Virus record (IMG/VR): IMGVR_UViG_3300026484_000351
Span: 32,769 to 96,768 of that record
Direction: 5' to 3' (one strand)
Source: a virus
DNA: 64,000 bases
The stretch's first letter is position 1, and each line of letters begins with the position of its first letter. The position numbers and the translations under genes are program-made. Of the stretch, positions 1 to 10,408 are shown piece by piece. The notes below the pieces were generated by a model. The model saw only the letters and a list, made by a program, of their open reading frames with translations. It had not been told where the DNA came from and did no database searches.

Positions 1-227
1 ATAGTTTAATTAATGTAGGATTAGCACTCGTTTCAAAAACGGGTTACTATAAAACACTTACAGGAATAGCAGACTCCACTAATGAAAAATTGGATGAGGT
101 CACATCACTTGAAGTTCTTGATGAAGATGGAGATAAACCAGTTTCTAAAAAGGCAAGTAAAAAGGCAAAAGCTCAAGAAGCAGAAGCACCGGCTAAAAAA
201 CCAGCATCAAGTTGGGATGCTTTTTAA
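1..227 (+). CDS. 3' end of a gene truncated by the window edge; low-complexity tail ending ...KKPASSWDAF
   Basis: Open frame from position 3 to TAA at 225-227, translated by hand. Confidence 0.7.
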   Translation, partial: SLINVGLALVSKTGYYKTLTGIADSTNEKLDEVTSLEVLDEDGDKPVSKKASKKAKAQEAEAPAKKPASSWDAF

Positions 228-250
228 AAAACTCTAGATTTTATCTTTCT

Positions 251-271
251 TTAAGGTTATTATGTTATAAT
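251..271 (+). promoter_or_regulatory. Early-type sigma70 promoter, TTAAG-N7-TGnTATAAT
   Basis: TTAAGGTTATTATGTTATAAT; AAGGA RBS and ATG at 299 follow; motif recurs about 18 times. Confidence 0.85.
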
Positions 272-298
272 TATACTATTTAAAAAGAAGGATAGAAA

Positions 299-517
299 AT
301 GTCAGAATTAATAAAAACAACAACACCAGAATTACAAGAATTAGAAAAAGATTATAAAGAAACAATGAGTAGTCCTTGGGATATGTATAATAATTTATCT
401 TGGAATGAGGTAATTTGTACATTTAATAAAAAAGGTTACGAAGTAGCAAAAGAATTAATTAGAAGAAGTGATATAACTGCTTATAGAAGAGAAGAAGCTG
501 CCTGTGGGTGTATATAA
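299..517 (+). CDS. hypothetical protein
   Basis: ORF with promoter and AAGGA RBS. Confidence 0.7.
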   Translation: MSELIKTTTPELQELEKDYKETMSSPWDMYNNLSWNEVICTFNKKGYEVAKELIRRSDITAYRREEAACGCI

Positions 518-671
518 TGGAAATAACAAAAAGCTTTATAGCACTTATGAATATTAGGAACAAAGTTGTTAATGCTGGCATTTTGAATAGAAATTTATCA
601 GACGGCGGAATTGAATGTATGGTTGAAGATTATGGATATACTTATACTAAAAATTATTTGAAAGGACTTTT

Positions 672-1025
672 ATGATATTATATTTACCAGGTGTAGAAAA
701 TATAGAAACGAATACCTTTGGTGAATATTTATGGCAAGTTGATAGTACAGATATTGTTGAAATAAAATGTACAGATAGACTTAGACAAGGTCCACCTAAA
801 ATTGTAAATGGATATTTTGGTGATGATGATGGATATAGAACTGGTTGGAATATTGATATAATGCACTATATTATGGAAGTATATACTTCAAAAGGCAAAA
901 AAGAAATATATTTTAATGAACCATTTGCGAGAAGCCAAGCAATTAATGAAATAGCAGACCGCATGCAAAATAAAAATTTAAATGATAAAAATAATGATTT
1001 TTATTTAAAAAATAAAAAAAATTAG
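672..1025 (+). CDS. hypothetical protein
   Basis: ORF with AAGGA RBS. Confidence 0.7.
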   Translation: MILYLPGVENIETNTFGEYLWQVDSTDIVEIKCTDRLRQGPPKIVNGYFGDDDGYRTGWNIDIMHYIMEVYTSKGKKEIYFNEPFARSQAINEIADRMQNKNLNDKNNDFYLKNKKN

Positions 1026-1050
1026 CTGAGGCTTTTTAAAAAGGAATATA

Positions 1051-1290
1051 ATGGAAAATTTAGGAGAAGATTTAAGAGATTATTTTTATGATGAAAATAA
1101 TGTAGATTTACAAGTTGAAACTGATGAAGATGAAATTACTGTTTATTTGGATTTACCAAGTACAGACAATTATGATAATCATATAACTGAAATAGAAAGA
1201 TTTTTTAAATTTAGTGAATATGATGTTGAAGATTATGAAATTGACGGAGATTATGAAGGTATAATCACTGTAACATATATAGGAGAATAA
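1051..1290 (+). CDS. small highly acidic hypothetical protein
   Basis: D/E-rich 79 aa ORF with AAGGA RBS. Confidence 0.7.
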   Translation: MENLGEDLRDYFYDENNVDLQVETDEDEITVYLDLPSTDNYDNHITEIERFFKFSEYDVEDYEIDGDYEGIITVTYIGE

Positions 1291-1291
1291 A

Positions 1292-1600
1292 ATGATAATT
1301 GATTATTTAATTATGGGATTTATTCTTATATTGGGAACTTTATTTGTTGGTTTTTTGCTTGGACTTAAAAAACCAATTGATTCAGATAAGTATTTTCAAG
1401 CAATGTTTACAGGATATGAAGAATCAAAATTAAGATGGCTTTGGAAAACTTTAATATTTGGTGTTGAATATATTGTGGGTGTTCTTATATTATTCATTAT
1501 CAATACTACTTTTTATCCTGCAGATTTAATTAGAACAATTATTAAATATTTATTCGTTAGTTCAAATGACACAGAATCAAAAACGCCAAAAGCTAATTAG
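1292..1600 (+). CDS. putative membrane protein
   Basis: Two hydrophobic segments. Confidence 0.7.
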   Translation: MIIDYLIMGFILILGTLFVGFLLGLKKPIDSDKYFQAMFTGYEESKLRWLWKTLIFGVEYIVGVLILFIINTTFYPADLIRTIIKYLFVSSNDTESKTPKAN

Positions 1601-1850
1601 TTTAATTTTTGGTGGTAAAAATCTTCTCAACCAAAGTCAAATTGATATTTTAGTTCAAGAAATTACAGTCAATAAAAGCAAAGATTACTCGGATAAAATT
1701 TATTTGACTTATAATGATTTGGCAGAACAATTTAAATATTTTGGGCCTGAAATAAGTTTATCAAGAATGAAAAAAAGACAACACCTCGTTCTTAATTATG
1801 AAACACTTATTAAAAATGTTGAGACAAAGTTGCCGGAATTTTTTATTTAA
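1566..1850 (+). CDS. PE-tag family protein (ends KLPEFFI)
   Basis: C-terminal P-E-x-F-I. Confidence 0.75.
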   Translation: MTQNQKRQKLISLIFGGKNLLNQSQIDILVQEITVNKSKDYSDKIYLTYNDLAEQFKYFGPEISLSRMKKRQHLVLNYETLIKNVETKLPEFFI

Positions 1851-2059
1851 AGAAGAATAGACTTTTCACACAATGAAAATGTTTAAACAGCAAATGTGGT
1901 ACAAAAATTAGATTAAATTACGAGAAAAACTTATAAGTTAAACTGACTTAGAAATGTATTAGAAACAAGAATAAAAAAGAGAACCAGAATATGTCTTAAG
2001 TAAAAAAGATAGATATATTGAAACTAAAAATTAAAGATACAATATAAAAGGAAAGAAAA

Positions 2060-2494
2060 ATGTCACTTTTAGAAGATATTAAGAAAGCACAATTACAAGC
2101 AAGAAAAGAAAAAGATAAATTTAGAGCAGGCGTATTGACTTGTTTATACGGTGAAGTAAGTATTATAGGCAAAAATGAGGGTAATAGAGAAACTACTGAC
2201 GAAGAATGTATTAGGATTGTTACCAAATTTAAAAAAGGTGTTGAAGAAAACATTAGATTAAAAAGAGATTCTGGGTGTAATGCAAGAGACCTTGCTAAAT
2301 TTTTTCAAGAAATAGAATTTTATAATACTTTTCTTCCACAGCAAATGACTAAAGATGAATTAACAGAATACATTAAAAAAACTATTGCACTTGGTGCTAA
2401 TAATATTGGAGCGGTAATGAAAGTTATGAAAGCTGAAATTAATGGATTATATGATGGGAAAATGGCTTCAGAGTTAATCAAAAAGTTACTATAA
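2060..2494 (+). CDS. GatB/YqeY domain protein
   Basis: A.K.KDK.R..VL, EI...FLP.Q, IGAVMK...G..DGK..S patterns typical of YqeY. Confidence 0.85.
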   Translation: MSLLEDIKKAQLQARKEKDKFRAGVLTCLYGEVSIIGKNEGNRETTDEECIRIVTKFKKGVEENIRLKRDSGCNARDLAKFFQEIEFYNTFLPQQMTKDELTEYIKKTIALGANNIGAVMKVMKAEINGLYDGKMASELIKKLL

Positions 2495-2534
2495 ATTTAA
2501 GTAAGATTACTATATAATAAATAAAAGGAAATTA

Positions 2535-3398
2535 ATGGAAACAGTTTACGGAATAGATTACACAAAACCAGAAGTTATGTTACTTCAAGAAACAGGATTG
2601 GGTGTACCTGAAATGGCCGCAAGGACTTGTTATGACTCTTTTAATGCATCAGAAAATGAATGTATACCGAGATTAAATAATGCCATTAAAGCTCAGGATC
2701 TGACAGCGGCAACTCATTATTTAACCGAAGTTAATAATATTGAACACTCAGAATTACTTGATACTTTAGCTTGGACTCACTTCCATCACAGCATACTAGA
2801 ACATACAAATTTATCATTTTTAATTAAAGGCACTTCTAGAGGGGTTCTTCAGGAGCATGCTAGACACAGAATCCAAAATATATCTGTAAGAAGTACAAGA
2901 TACACAATGAGCGGAATTATTAATGCATTTGCTGCAACAGTTAAAGAATCTTCAGGAAAAAATGCTTTTATTAGTTTGGTTTTGCCAATGAATATGTTTG
3001 TGACTTCGGATGATAGTTATAACAGAATAGAAATTGGTGGAATATTTGACAAATTGATGTATCAATATAGATTACTTGGTAGAGAAAAATTTATGGAGAT
3101 AGCAGTAGCAAAATCTAGTTTAGATTATGTTAATAGTACAGAGCCTTATGCAATTAAATTTCAATTACTTCAAGATGGTAAGAAAAAAAGAAATGTTGGA
3201 GATGCGCTTAAGCACATCGTCACGGATAACTGGAAGGTTGATATGATTGTTACCATGAACCTAAGAGGATTAAAAAATTATTTCAATTTAAGAGATAGTG
3301 GAGCAGCATTTTTTCAAATAAGATGGTTAGCAAAAGCAATGAAAGAAGTTACACCTTCAAAGTATTTGGATCTGATAGTAAGAAACAAAGGTAAATAA
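2535..3398 (+). CDS. thyX: FAD-dependent thymidylate synthase
   Basis: HHSILEH, SRGVLQEHARHR...SVRSTRY ThyX signature, MNLR...F.LR. Confidence 0.95.
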   Translation: METVYGIDYTKPEVMLLQETGLGVPEMAARTCYDSFNASENECIPRLNNAIKAQDLTAATHYLTEVNNIEHSELLDTLAWTHFHHSILEHTNLSFLIKGTSRGVLQEHARHRIQNISVRSTRYTMSGIINAFAATVKESSGKNAFISLVLPMNMFVTSDDSYNRIEIGGIFDKLMYQYRLLGREKFMEIAVAKSSLDYVNSTEPYAIKFQLLQDGKKKRNVGDALKHIVTDNWKVDMIVTMNLRGLKNYFNLRDSGAAFFQIRWLAKAMKEVTPSKYLDLIVRNKGK

Positions 3399-3615
3399 TG
3401 TAAGATAATAAAATCGTCTGTTAAAAAGTGAATGAAAGTGTTGTGTAGATGCAAACATCAAATAACAATAGGTAACATCCAAGCAATAAAGATGATTTCT
3501 ATTATGGATTTTTTGGGATATGTTTGTCATATAAATGGCAAAAATAGGGTAATTTTCACAGACAGAAAACATAGTTTTTGTGAAGAATCTGAAAGAAAAG
3601 ATAAAAGGGAAAATA

Positions 3616-4311
3616 ATGAAATATAAAACATTTGAAAGTTTGTTAAATACTTGTAAAAAATTATATGAAGATGGTAGCAAAAAAGATGAACAATTAACTA
3701 AAGCATTTGGTGGTGATACTACTATATTACAAGACTGGTGGGATAATTCAATAGTAGATATTCTTAATTCAATATCAAATGAATTTGGATTAGACACAGA
3801 AAATGATAATACAATCGATTGGTTATTCTGGGATAGTATGTGCGGATATGATATGAACAATAGATATTTAAGTTTTAATGTAGATGGAATTGAATATGTT
3901 GGCTCTCCCAAAAATGTTTACTTAGATTTGAATAATATGTTAGATGAAAGATTAGGGATAACAAAAGTAAATAGTGAACCGAAAAAATACGAAATTGATA
4001 AAGATTATAAAGAAGAAAAAATTGAAACTCATTTTATACAGACAAAAGAAATAAAAGATGTTTTAAACGGTGAAACTGTTAAAGAAACCCCAAGAGAAAG
4101 AATTATTAGATATTTTATATCGGCCGGGATAGAAGTATTACAAAAAATAACAGATTTTCCTAAAGAGACTGTCTTAAGTGCTGAGATAAATGTAGATAAT
4201 TTGTATGACGAAATTAAAGAGTTAGGTTACGATAAACAACTTTTTAGAATTAATCTTTTAGATGTAAAGACTTTAAATAACAAATATAATATAGATTATA
4301 TAAAGCTTTAA
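3616..4311 (+). CDS. hypothetical protein
   Basis: ORF; start moved to the ATG at 3616 behind an AAAAGGGA RBS. Confidence 0.7.
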   Translation: MKYKTFESLLNTCKKLYEDGSKKDEQLTKAFGGDTTILQDWWDNSIVDILNSISNEFGLDTENDNTIDWLFWDSMCGYDMNNRYLSFNVDGIEYVGSPKNVYLDLNNMLDERLGITKVNSEPKKYEIDKDYKEEKIETHFIQTKEIKDVLNGETVKETPRERIIRYFISAGIEVLQKITDFPKETVLSAEINVDNLYDEIKELGYDKQLFRINLLDVKTLNNKYNIDYIKL

Positions 4312-4312
4312 A

Positions 4313-4693
4313 ATGATAATAGAAAAGAAAGAAGTTAAAACAGTATGTGATTGCTGTTTAAAAGAATTAACAGATATTGATATATGGGCAAATAACGAAA
4401 GTTTTCGAGAACTGTACTTAAAACGAACACAAGATAATATTGATTTATGCTATACTTGTGCTGGTAAAATATTTTATAGAGAAGTTCAACAAAAAGTTCC
4501 AACTGAAAAAATGCGGGAATGGATAAAAAGTCTTAGAAAAGTGGAAGGCTCAAACTTAGTTGAAAGTGCTGGTGAAACGGGAAATAGGGAGAATGACAAT
4601 TGTTCAAAGGAAATATTAGTTAAATCTAGTCCAAACAGTTCAAGTAATTCATTAAAGTCAATTGATGACCCGAAAAGTATAAAGGATTTATAA
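4313..4693 (+). CDS. hypothetical protein with CxxC...CxxC zinc-binding motif
   Basis: CDCC and DLCYTC. Confidence 0.65.
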   Translation: MIIEKKEVKTVCDCCLKELTDIDIWANNESFRELYLKRTQDNIDLCYTCAGKIFYREVQQKVPTEKMREWIKSLRKVEGSNLVESAGETGNRENDNCSKEILVKSSPNSSSNSLKSIDDPKSIKDL

Positions 4694-5166
4694 TGGGGAT
4701 AGAAATAGAAAGAAAATTTTTAGTTAAAATGAAAAAAGGGCCAATGATAAGTAATAGAAAATATGAAATAACTCAAGGTTACATTTTAAATTTACCTGAA
4801 AAAGTTATAAGAATTAGAATATTTGATAATAGTACAGCTTATATAACTATTAAAGGTAAAAATGAAAATATGACAAGACCAGAATATGAGTATAATATTC
4901 CCTGCGCAGAGGGTGCAGAACTTATAAAAGTAATGTGTACAGATATTATCACTAAAACGAGATATATATGCAATGTGAAAAATAGTAAATGGGAAGTTGA
5001 TTTTTTCCACGGAGATAATGAAGGTTTAATTGTCGCAGAAATTGAGTTAAAAGATGAAGATGATCCTATAGATTACCCAGAGTGGATAGGAAAAGAAGTA
5101 ACTGGCAAGAAGAAATATTATAACAATAATTTAATTAAAAATCCTTATAAAGATTGGAGTAAATAA
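4693..5166 (+). CDS. CYTH-domain (triphosphate tunnel metalloenzyme) protein
   Basis: EIERKFLV, R.EYEY, WEVD.F, AEIEL motifs. Confidence 0.92.
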   Translation: MGIEIERKFLVKMKKGPMISNRKYEITQGYILNLPEKVIRIRIFDNSTAYITIKGKNENMTRPEYEYNIPCAEGAELIKVMCTDIITKTRYICNVKNSKWEVDFFHGDNEGLIVAEIELKDEDDPIDYPEWIGKEVTGKKKYYNNNLIKNPYKDWSK

Positions 5167-5408
5167 TGGAAGTTTATGCAGATAAACTAGGCATTCCACT
5201 AAATGTCGGAGATAGAGTTATAATAGCCAGTGGTGAAACACAAGATTCTTCTATTTATTTAGGAACAGTTAGTGAATTATCTGTATCAAGATATGGTTCA
5301 AAACAAGTTAAAGTAAAAAAAGATGGTGGTTCAATAAATAAAAGAGAACCTGAAGATGTTTTAAGTTTAGTTATTTATGGGAATAATTGTCCCGAAGTTT
5401 TTATATAG
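5166..5408 (+). CDS. PE-tag family protein (ends NCPEVFI), KOW/SH3-like start
   Basis: LNVGDRV motif; C-terminal tag. Confidence 0.75.
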   Translation: MEVYADKLGIPLNVGDRVIIASGETQDSSIYLGTVSELSVSRYGSKQVKVKKDGGSINKREPEDVLSLVIYGNNCPEVFI

Positions 5409-5416
5409 GAGATAAT

Positions 5417-5758
5417 ATGGCAGATATTTTAAGTCAAGATGAAATTAATGCTCTTTTAGATATTCCTGATGAAAACTCAGGTGAACCAGATTTTGGTTCA
5501 CCTGAGTTTAAAAAATTATCAGATGCTTTTAACAAAGCATTTCACAAAGTATTTAAGAGAACAGATTTTTATAGAGAAAAAGTGGAACAGAGTGGTTATA
5601 TTCCTAGAATCCGGGGAACAAATCCTAAAGATATGATGGACAGTTTAAAGTGCGAAGAAGAATATTTTCAGAGTACATTAAAGAATTATAAAAAATTTAA
5701 AGAATTTCACAAGAAATTTAAGAAGATAGCAGATGAACAACCTGAAATTTTTATTTAG
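5417..5758 (+). CDS. PE-tag family protein with N-terminal FliM-like CheY-binding peptide
   Basis: AGGAG RBS, then MADILSQDEINALL; ends EQPEIFI. Confidence 0.8.
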   Translation: MADILSQDEINALLDIPDENSGEPDFGSPEFKKLSDAFNKAFHKVFKRTDFYREKVEQSGYIPRIRGTNPKDMMDSLKCEEEYFQSTLKNYKKFKEFHKKFKKIADEQPEIFI

Positions 5759-5852
5759 GAAAATAACCACAAGATATTTATAACTATATAAAAGAGACAT
5801 TTAAAATAAAAACTAGAGATTTGTATCTAAAAGTTAGTAATTTAATATTAAA

Positions 5853-5873
5853 TTAAGATTAATATGTTATAAT
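5853..5873 (+). promoter_or_regulatory. Early-type promoter
   Basis: TTAAGATTAATATGTTATAAT. Confidence 0.85.
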
Positions 5874-5898
5874 TATATAAACAAAAAAAGGATATAAT

Positions 5899-6096
5899 AT
5901 GGCATTTAGTTACAAAGATTTAATGAGAAGCATCAAAGCAACACAAGCAAACATTGATGAGATTCAAGAACAAATTAGTTTATGTGATAGTGAATACGAA
6001 TTGGCTCAATTAACAGCAGAGTTAGACCATTATGAAACTCAATTAAAGGTAACTGAAGATTATATTGATCGAATAGTGGCTAGAGGAAGATATTAG
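5899..6096 (+). CDS. small coiled-coil hypothetical protein
   Basis: ORF after promoter and RBS. Confidence 0.7.
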   Translation: MAFSYKDLMRSIKATQANIDEIQEQISLCDSEYELAQLTAELDHYETQLKVTEDYIDRIVARGRY

Positions 6097-6423
6097 TGTT
6101 TCTCTTCCACTTGAAATTACCTAAATTGAGAAAATCGGTTATAATCGGAAAAACATGGATAAGGTTTTTTGAAACCTTAAAAGAAGAACAAATATATCAG
6201 AACTGAAGTAATATTATCGGTAGAACTATTTAATAGAAGATTATTCAAGAGATATACCACACAGCATTACGAGGAGATTTATACAAAAATAATGTTACTT
6301 AAACTTTTGTATTAGCACAAGATGCTAAAGTTGTAATTGAGTGTGTATTGGTTAGAGGAACAAATGAAAATTTGCAACTTTAATAAGCAATTCGATTAAT
6401 ACTCCAAAATAGAAAGGAAAAAT

Positions 6424-6696
6424 ATGTCTAAAAACTCATGGGTAGTAATTATTGGTGGAGGTTTAATAGGGTTAGGTTTGGGTGTAATGGGAATAACTTT
6501 TAATATGCCATTATGGTGGTTTTTAAATTTACCATTAATTATGTTATTAAATCAGTTTAGCGGAGAAATAGGTGACTTTTTCTCAGATTGGTACAACGAT
6601 ATCATAAAAGGTGAGGTAGTAAATATAATTATTCCCAGAGAAGAGATTAAAGAAAAGCGAAAAGAACAAGCAAAATCTAAGAAAAAATATATTTAA
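6424..6696 (+). CDS. membrane protein ending KKKYI
   Basis: Two hydrophobic segments, basic tail. Confidence 0.7.
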   Translation: MSKNSWVVIIGGGLIGLGLGVMGITFNMPLWWFLNLPLIMLLNQFSGEIGDFFSDWYNDIIKGEVVNIIIPREEIKEKRKEQAKSKKKYI

Positions 6697-6714
6697 CAGA
6701 AAAGGAAAGAAAGA

Positions 6715-8007
6715 ATGAACATAACACAAGTATTACCTATAATGGCGGCAAGTAAAAAGACGGGCGATGTTGTACTAATGAGAGGACTGCATGGAATAGG
6801 TAAAAGCGCTATAACAGTACAATATGCAGATCAGTATAATCTTGGTCTAGAGATATTAATATTATCTCTAATGGAACAAGGCGATTTAATCGGAATACCA
6901 AACATTACTAATAATACAACTACTTGGGCAGCACCTGACTGGTTAAATAATTTAAGAGATAAAGCATGGCCTAAAAGATTTAATTTTGAAGATTTAGAAT
7001 TTAAAGATAAAAATTTTGAAGAAGAAGTCAACAAACATTCAAAAAATGCAATACTTAGAGAAAATTTAAATAAATTATATAACGAGTTTTATAATGTTAA
7101 TTTAATTGAGCCTGTTTTAACAAAACAGGATAATGTTTCTTGTAGATTGTCTAAAGAAACTGTATTATTTGTTGATGAATATTCAAGAGCTGGTGCAGAC
7201 ATACATAACAGCACAATGCAATTAATATTAGACAAAAGACTTCATAATCATGTATTGCCTTATGTTAATGGTGTACAAACACAGATAATTGCTGCAGATA
7301 ATCCCGCTGACGGTGATTACCATGTAACTGAATTAGACCCAGCCAAATTAGATAGATTTTTAATTATTGATGTAGAAGTTGATGCAAAAGCGTGGTTGGC
7401 TTGGGCAAGAGAAAATGAGGTTAATTCTATTGTAAGAGATTTTATTATGAATAACCTAACAAAAATCCATTATGTTCCGGAAGACCAAAGTCAAACAGGA
7501 GCAACACCGAGGTCTTGGACTATGCTAGGAAAATTTGTAAACCTTTTTGAAACTATTCCTGAAGAAAGTATTTTTCCAATTATTAGAGGTAAAGTGGGTA
7601 GCTCATTAGGAGCACAATTCTATACATATTACAATGATTATAATAAAAATGTAAGTATTGAAGACATTCAAAAGATTATAGACCAAGAATTCTTTAAACA
7701 AGGCGATAATATTGACTTAGAGAAAATTGGAAAAGTTGTTAAGGAACTAACAAAAGAAATGGAAGGCGTAACTAAAATGGAGTATGCAGAAGAATTATTT
7801 TCGGCCATTAAAACTGAAATTAACGATGCTAAAGGGGTTGAAAATGTAATCCATGTTCTTGGCTTTTTATACTCACTTGATTTGGAAATCCTAACTTCAT
7901 TACTTAAAGAATGGAAAAACAATGAAAAAGAAGCATTTTATGGATTAATGAAACTTGATCCTAAGAAGGCACTTGCCTTAAAAATTAAAAGTAAAGTTCA
8001 AAAATAA
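6715..8007 (+). CDS. MoxR-like AAA+ ATPase
   Basis: Walker A GLHGIGKS, Walker B LFVDE, A.NP...LDPA..DRF, TPRSW sensor. Confidence 0.9.
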   Translation: MNITQVLPIMAASKKTGDVVLMRGLHGIGKSAITVQYADQYNLGLEILILSLMEQGDLIGIPNITNNTTTWAAPDWLNNLRDKAWPKRFNFEDLEFKDKNFEEEVNKHSKNAILRENLNKLYNEFYNVNLIEPVLTKQDNVSCRLSKETVLFVDEYSRAGADIHNSTMQLILDKRLHNHVLPYVNGVQTQIIAADNPADGDYHVTELDPAKLDRFLIIDVEVDAKAWLAWARENEVNSIVRDFIMNNLTKIHYVPEDQSQTGATPRSWTMLGKFVNLFETIPEESIFPIIRGKVGSSLGAQFYTYYNDYNKNVSIEDIQKIIDQEFFKQGDNIDLEKIGKVVKELTKEMEGVTKMEYAEELFSAIKTEINDAKGVENVIHVLGFLYSLDLEILTSLLKEWKNNEKEAFYGLMKLDPKKALALKIKSKVQK

Positions 8008-8255
8008 TGAATAAAATACTTTTAAATGATGTTTTAAAAGTTAAAAATGATTTTTGGGAGGGAAGGAACCCAGAAATTATAGGTTTAGTATCAGAAGTTC
8101 ATACCGATTCTAAAGTATATTTTATGAATTTTATAAATGGTATAGATGCACTCCCAACTGTTTCTAATGGGTTTTATATTAAAGAAAATGATATAATTGA
8201 AAATTTTGGAAATATCAAAGTTTTTAAAGATAAGTATCCAGAATATTTTTTATAA
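8007..8255 (+). CDS. PE-tag family protein (ends KYPEYFL)
   Basis: Coupled to the AAA stop codon (TAATG); C-terminal tag. Confidence 0.8.
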   Translation: MNKILLNDVLKVKNDFWEGRNPEIIGLVSEVHTDSKVYFMNFINGIDALPTVSNGFYIKENDIIENFGNIKVFKDKYPEYFL

Positions 8256-8434
8256 TTTTTCTTATGAGCATAAGTTAGATAGTTATGGAAAAATAAATAA
8301 TAAAAATATGTTGGTCGATTATGGCAACTAAAACAAGTCCGGGTATAGGTGATTTTCTACTACACTCAAGTAAATCTGGTAGAAATATGATAGTTGAGAT
8401 TATGGAAATTTTTATAACGGATTCTTGTAGTGTT

Positions 8435-8596
8435 ATAATAGCAAAGAAATATAAATTTATATAAAGAATATAAATCTATATAATAGTATAAAAAGTTATA
8501 CTATCCTTATTTACTGCTTCTAAGTAACTTCTATAGAACAATTTCTATAGTGGTATAAGAACTCCACAGTCATTAATTTTTTATACTGGTTAGGTA
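8435..8596 (-). ncRNA. putative TnpB omegaRNA/right-end region
   Basis: Non-coding IS end downstream of tnpB with several hairpins; nearly identical at 53121-53284. Assignment rests on known TnpB biology. Confidence 0.5.
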
Positions 8597-9775
8597 CTAT
8601 TCTATCCTAGCCAGTCTTAATGCTTCATTTAGTATGTTTATAGAAGCATTTATATCTCTATCTTCTTCAAAACTGCATTCAGAACATGAGTATATTCGCT
8701 CTTCGAGCGATAAACTCTCTTTTACTGAACCACATCTTGAACAGGTTTTAGAGGAAGGATAATAAGTATCTATTCTAGATATACTAACTTGGTTTTCGTT
8801 AGCTTTATACTCTATTTTAGATACTAAATCACTCCATGCTATATTAGATATAGCTTTAGACAATCTTCTATTTTTAATCATATTTTTTACTTGAAGACTT
8901 TCTAAACCTATAAAATCATATAGATTGATTAGTTTTTTGGATACCTGATGATTTATAGTGTTTCTTGAATTCTTTATTTTATTATGCACCCTAGCTACTT
9001 TTAATCTAGCTTTATTTCTATTTTTGCTTCCTTTCTTCTTTTTACTTAGTTTTCTTTGTTCTAATTTAAGTTTTCTTTGGTACTTATATGTTAATTTATG
9101 ATTTTCTATAGTATATCCATCAGAACATATTATCATATCTTTAAGACCTAAATCTATACCTACTTTCTTATTGGTTTTCTTTCTATTATTCTTTACTTCT
9201 ATCTTATGTGTTATGGTTATTCAGTACTTATCTAGGTTATCTTTTTCTATAGTAAAACCTGTTATTTTACCTATATTATGGTTTGTTTTATGTTTCTTAA
9301 ATTTTATTTTATGGTCTTCTTTAGTATAAGATGACTTATTGCTTTTATTTAATTGTATATGGTTATCTTCTATTTTAACTCTAGAACCAGCCTTCATACC
9401 TATAGTCTTTTTAGATGTCTTTTTACTCTTAAATTTAGGATATCCTCTATCTGGTTGTTTTATAAATTCCTTCATACCAAGATATAAATTAGATAAACTA
9501 GATTGTATAAAATCATTAGGTAATTTATTAATAAAAGAATATTCTTCTTTTAATTTAGTACTAAAACCTACTATACCAGTTTGATTAGGTATCTTAGGTC
9601 TCACTTGACCTTTATTTTTGCCTTTTTCTATAGTGTACACACCAAAATAATTATCTTGTATCTTACCTAAAACATTATTATAGGTAAATCTATAGAGGTT
9701 AAATTGTTTATCTAATAATGCTTTTTGTTTAGCATTAGGATATAGTCTATATTTGTTTGTTCTTACTAATTCCAT
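8597..9775 (-). pseudogene. tnpB: TnpB RNA-guided nuclease with one in-frame TGA at 9221-9223
   Basis: KYRLYPN N-terminus; reading through the TGA gives KY*ITIT...VGIDLGLKD (RuvC-I), then E.L.V, SSKTCS.CG, C..C...DRD.NAS.NI. Confidence 0.9.
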
Positions 9776-9808
9776 ATTTAACCCCTTTATATTTATTTAT
9801 ACAATTAT

Positions 9809-10408
9809 TTATATAATATTATTTTTAAGATTTTCTTGTACAGATTTTAACATCTTTCTTCTATTACTATACATTTTCATACTAAAATGATGTATTATAG
9901 ATATTAAATCCTGTGTTAATTCAGTTTGAAAATCTTCTTCTTTGGTAAAATTTATATATACTATATCTGTTCCATAACTACTAAACCATTTTTCTATATA
10001 ATTATAGCCAAATCTAGTAAGTCTATCTTTATAAGAAATATATATAGTATCTATATTACCATTTTGTACTTCTTTAATAAGAGCATTAAAACCCTTCCTA
10101 TCTTCATTCATTCCAGAAGCTATATCTTTATATACCTTATCTACTATAATACCTTTAGAAGCAATAAATTCCCTTAATATTTTTTCTTGCTTTTCTAAGT
10201 CTTCTTTTTGTTTAGTATTACTTACTCTACAATATATAACTTGATTTTTATCTTTGGGTTTTGTGAGCATTAAACTATCTATATCATATAAGAAATTCCT
10301 ACTATTTAATTCTTTGTATTTAACCTTTCCTTGTCTTCTATAATTATTTAAAGTTTGACTTGTAATGCCCAAAATCTCTTTTATTTTCTTAGCGTTTATA
10401 TAACTCAT
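9809..10408 (-). CDS. tnpA: IS607 transposase (N-terminal HTH + serine recombinase)
   Basis: YCRVS, D.ASG, DRLTRFG, EL.QDLISII..FS.KMY. Confidence 0.95.
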   Translation of the reverse strand: MSYINAKKIKEILGITSQTLNNYRRQGKVKYKELNSRNFLYDIDSLMLTKPKDKNQVIYCRVSNTKQKEDLEKQEKILREFIASKGIIVDKVYKDIASGMNEDRKGFNALIKEVQNGNIDTIYISYKDRLTRFGYNYIEKWFSSYGTDIVYINFTKEEDFQTELTQDLISIIHHFSMKMYSNRRKMLKSVQENLKNNII

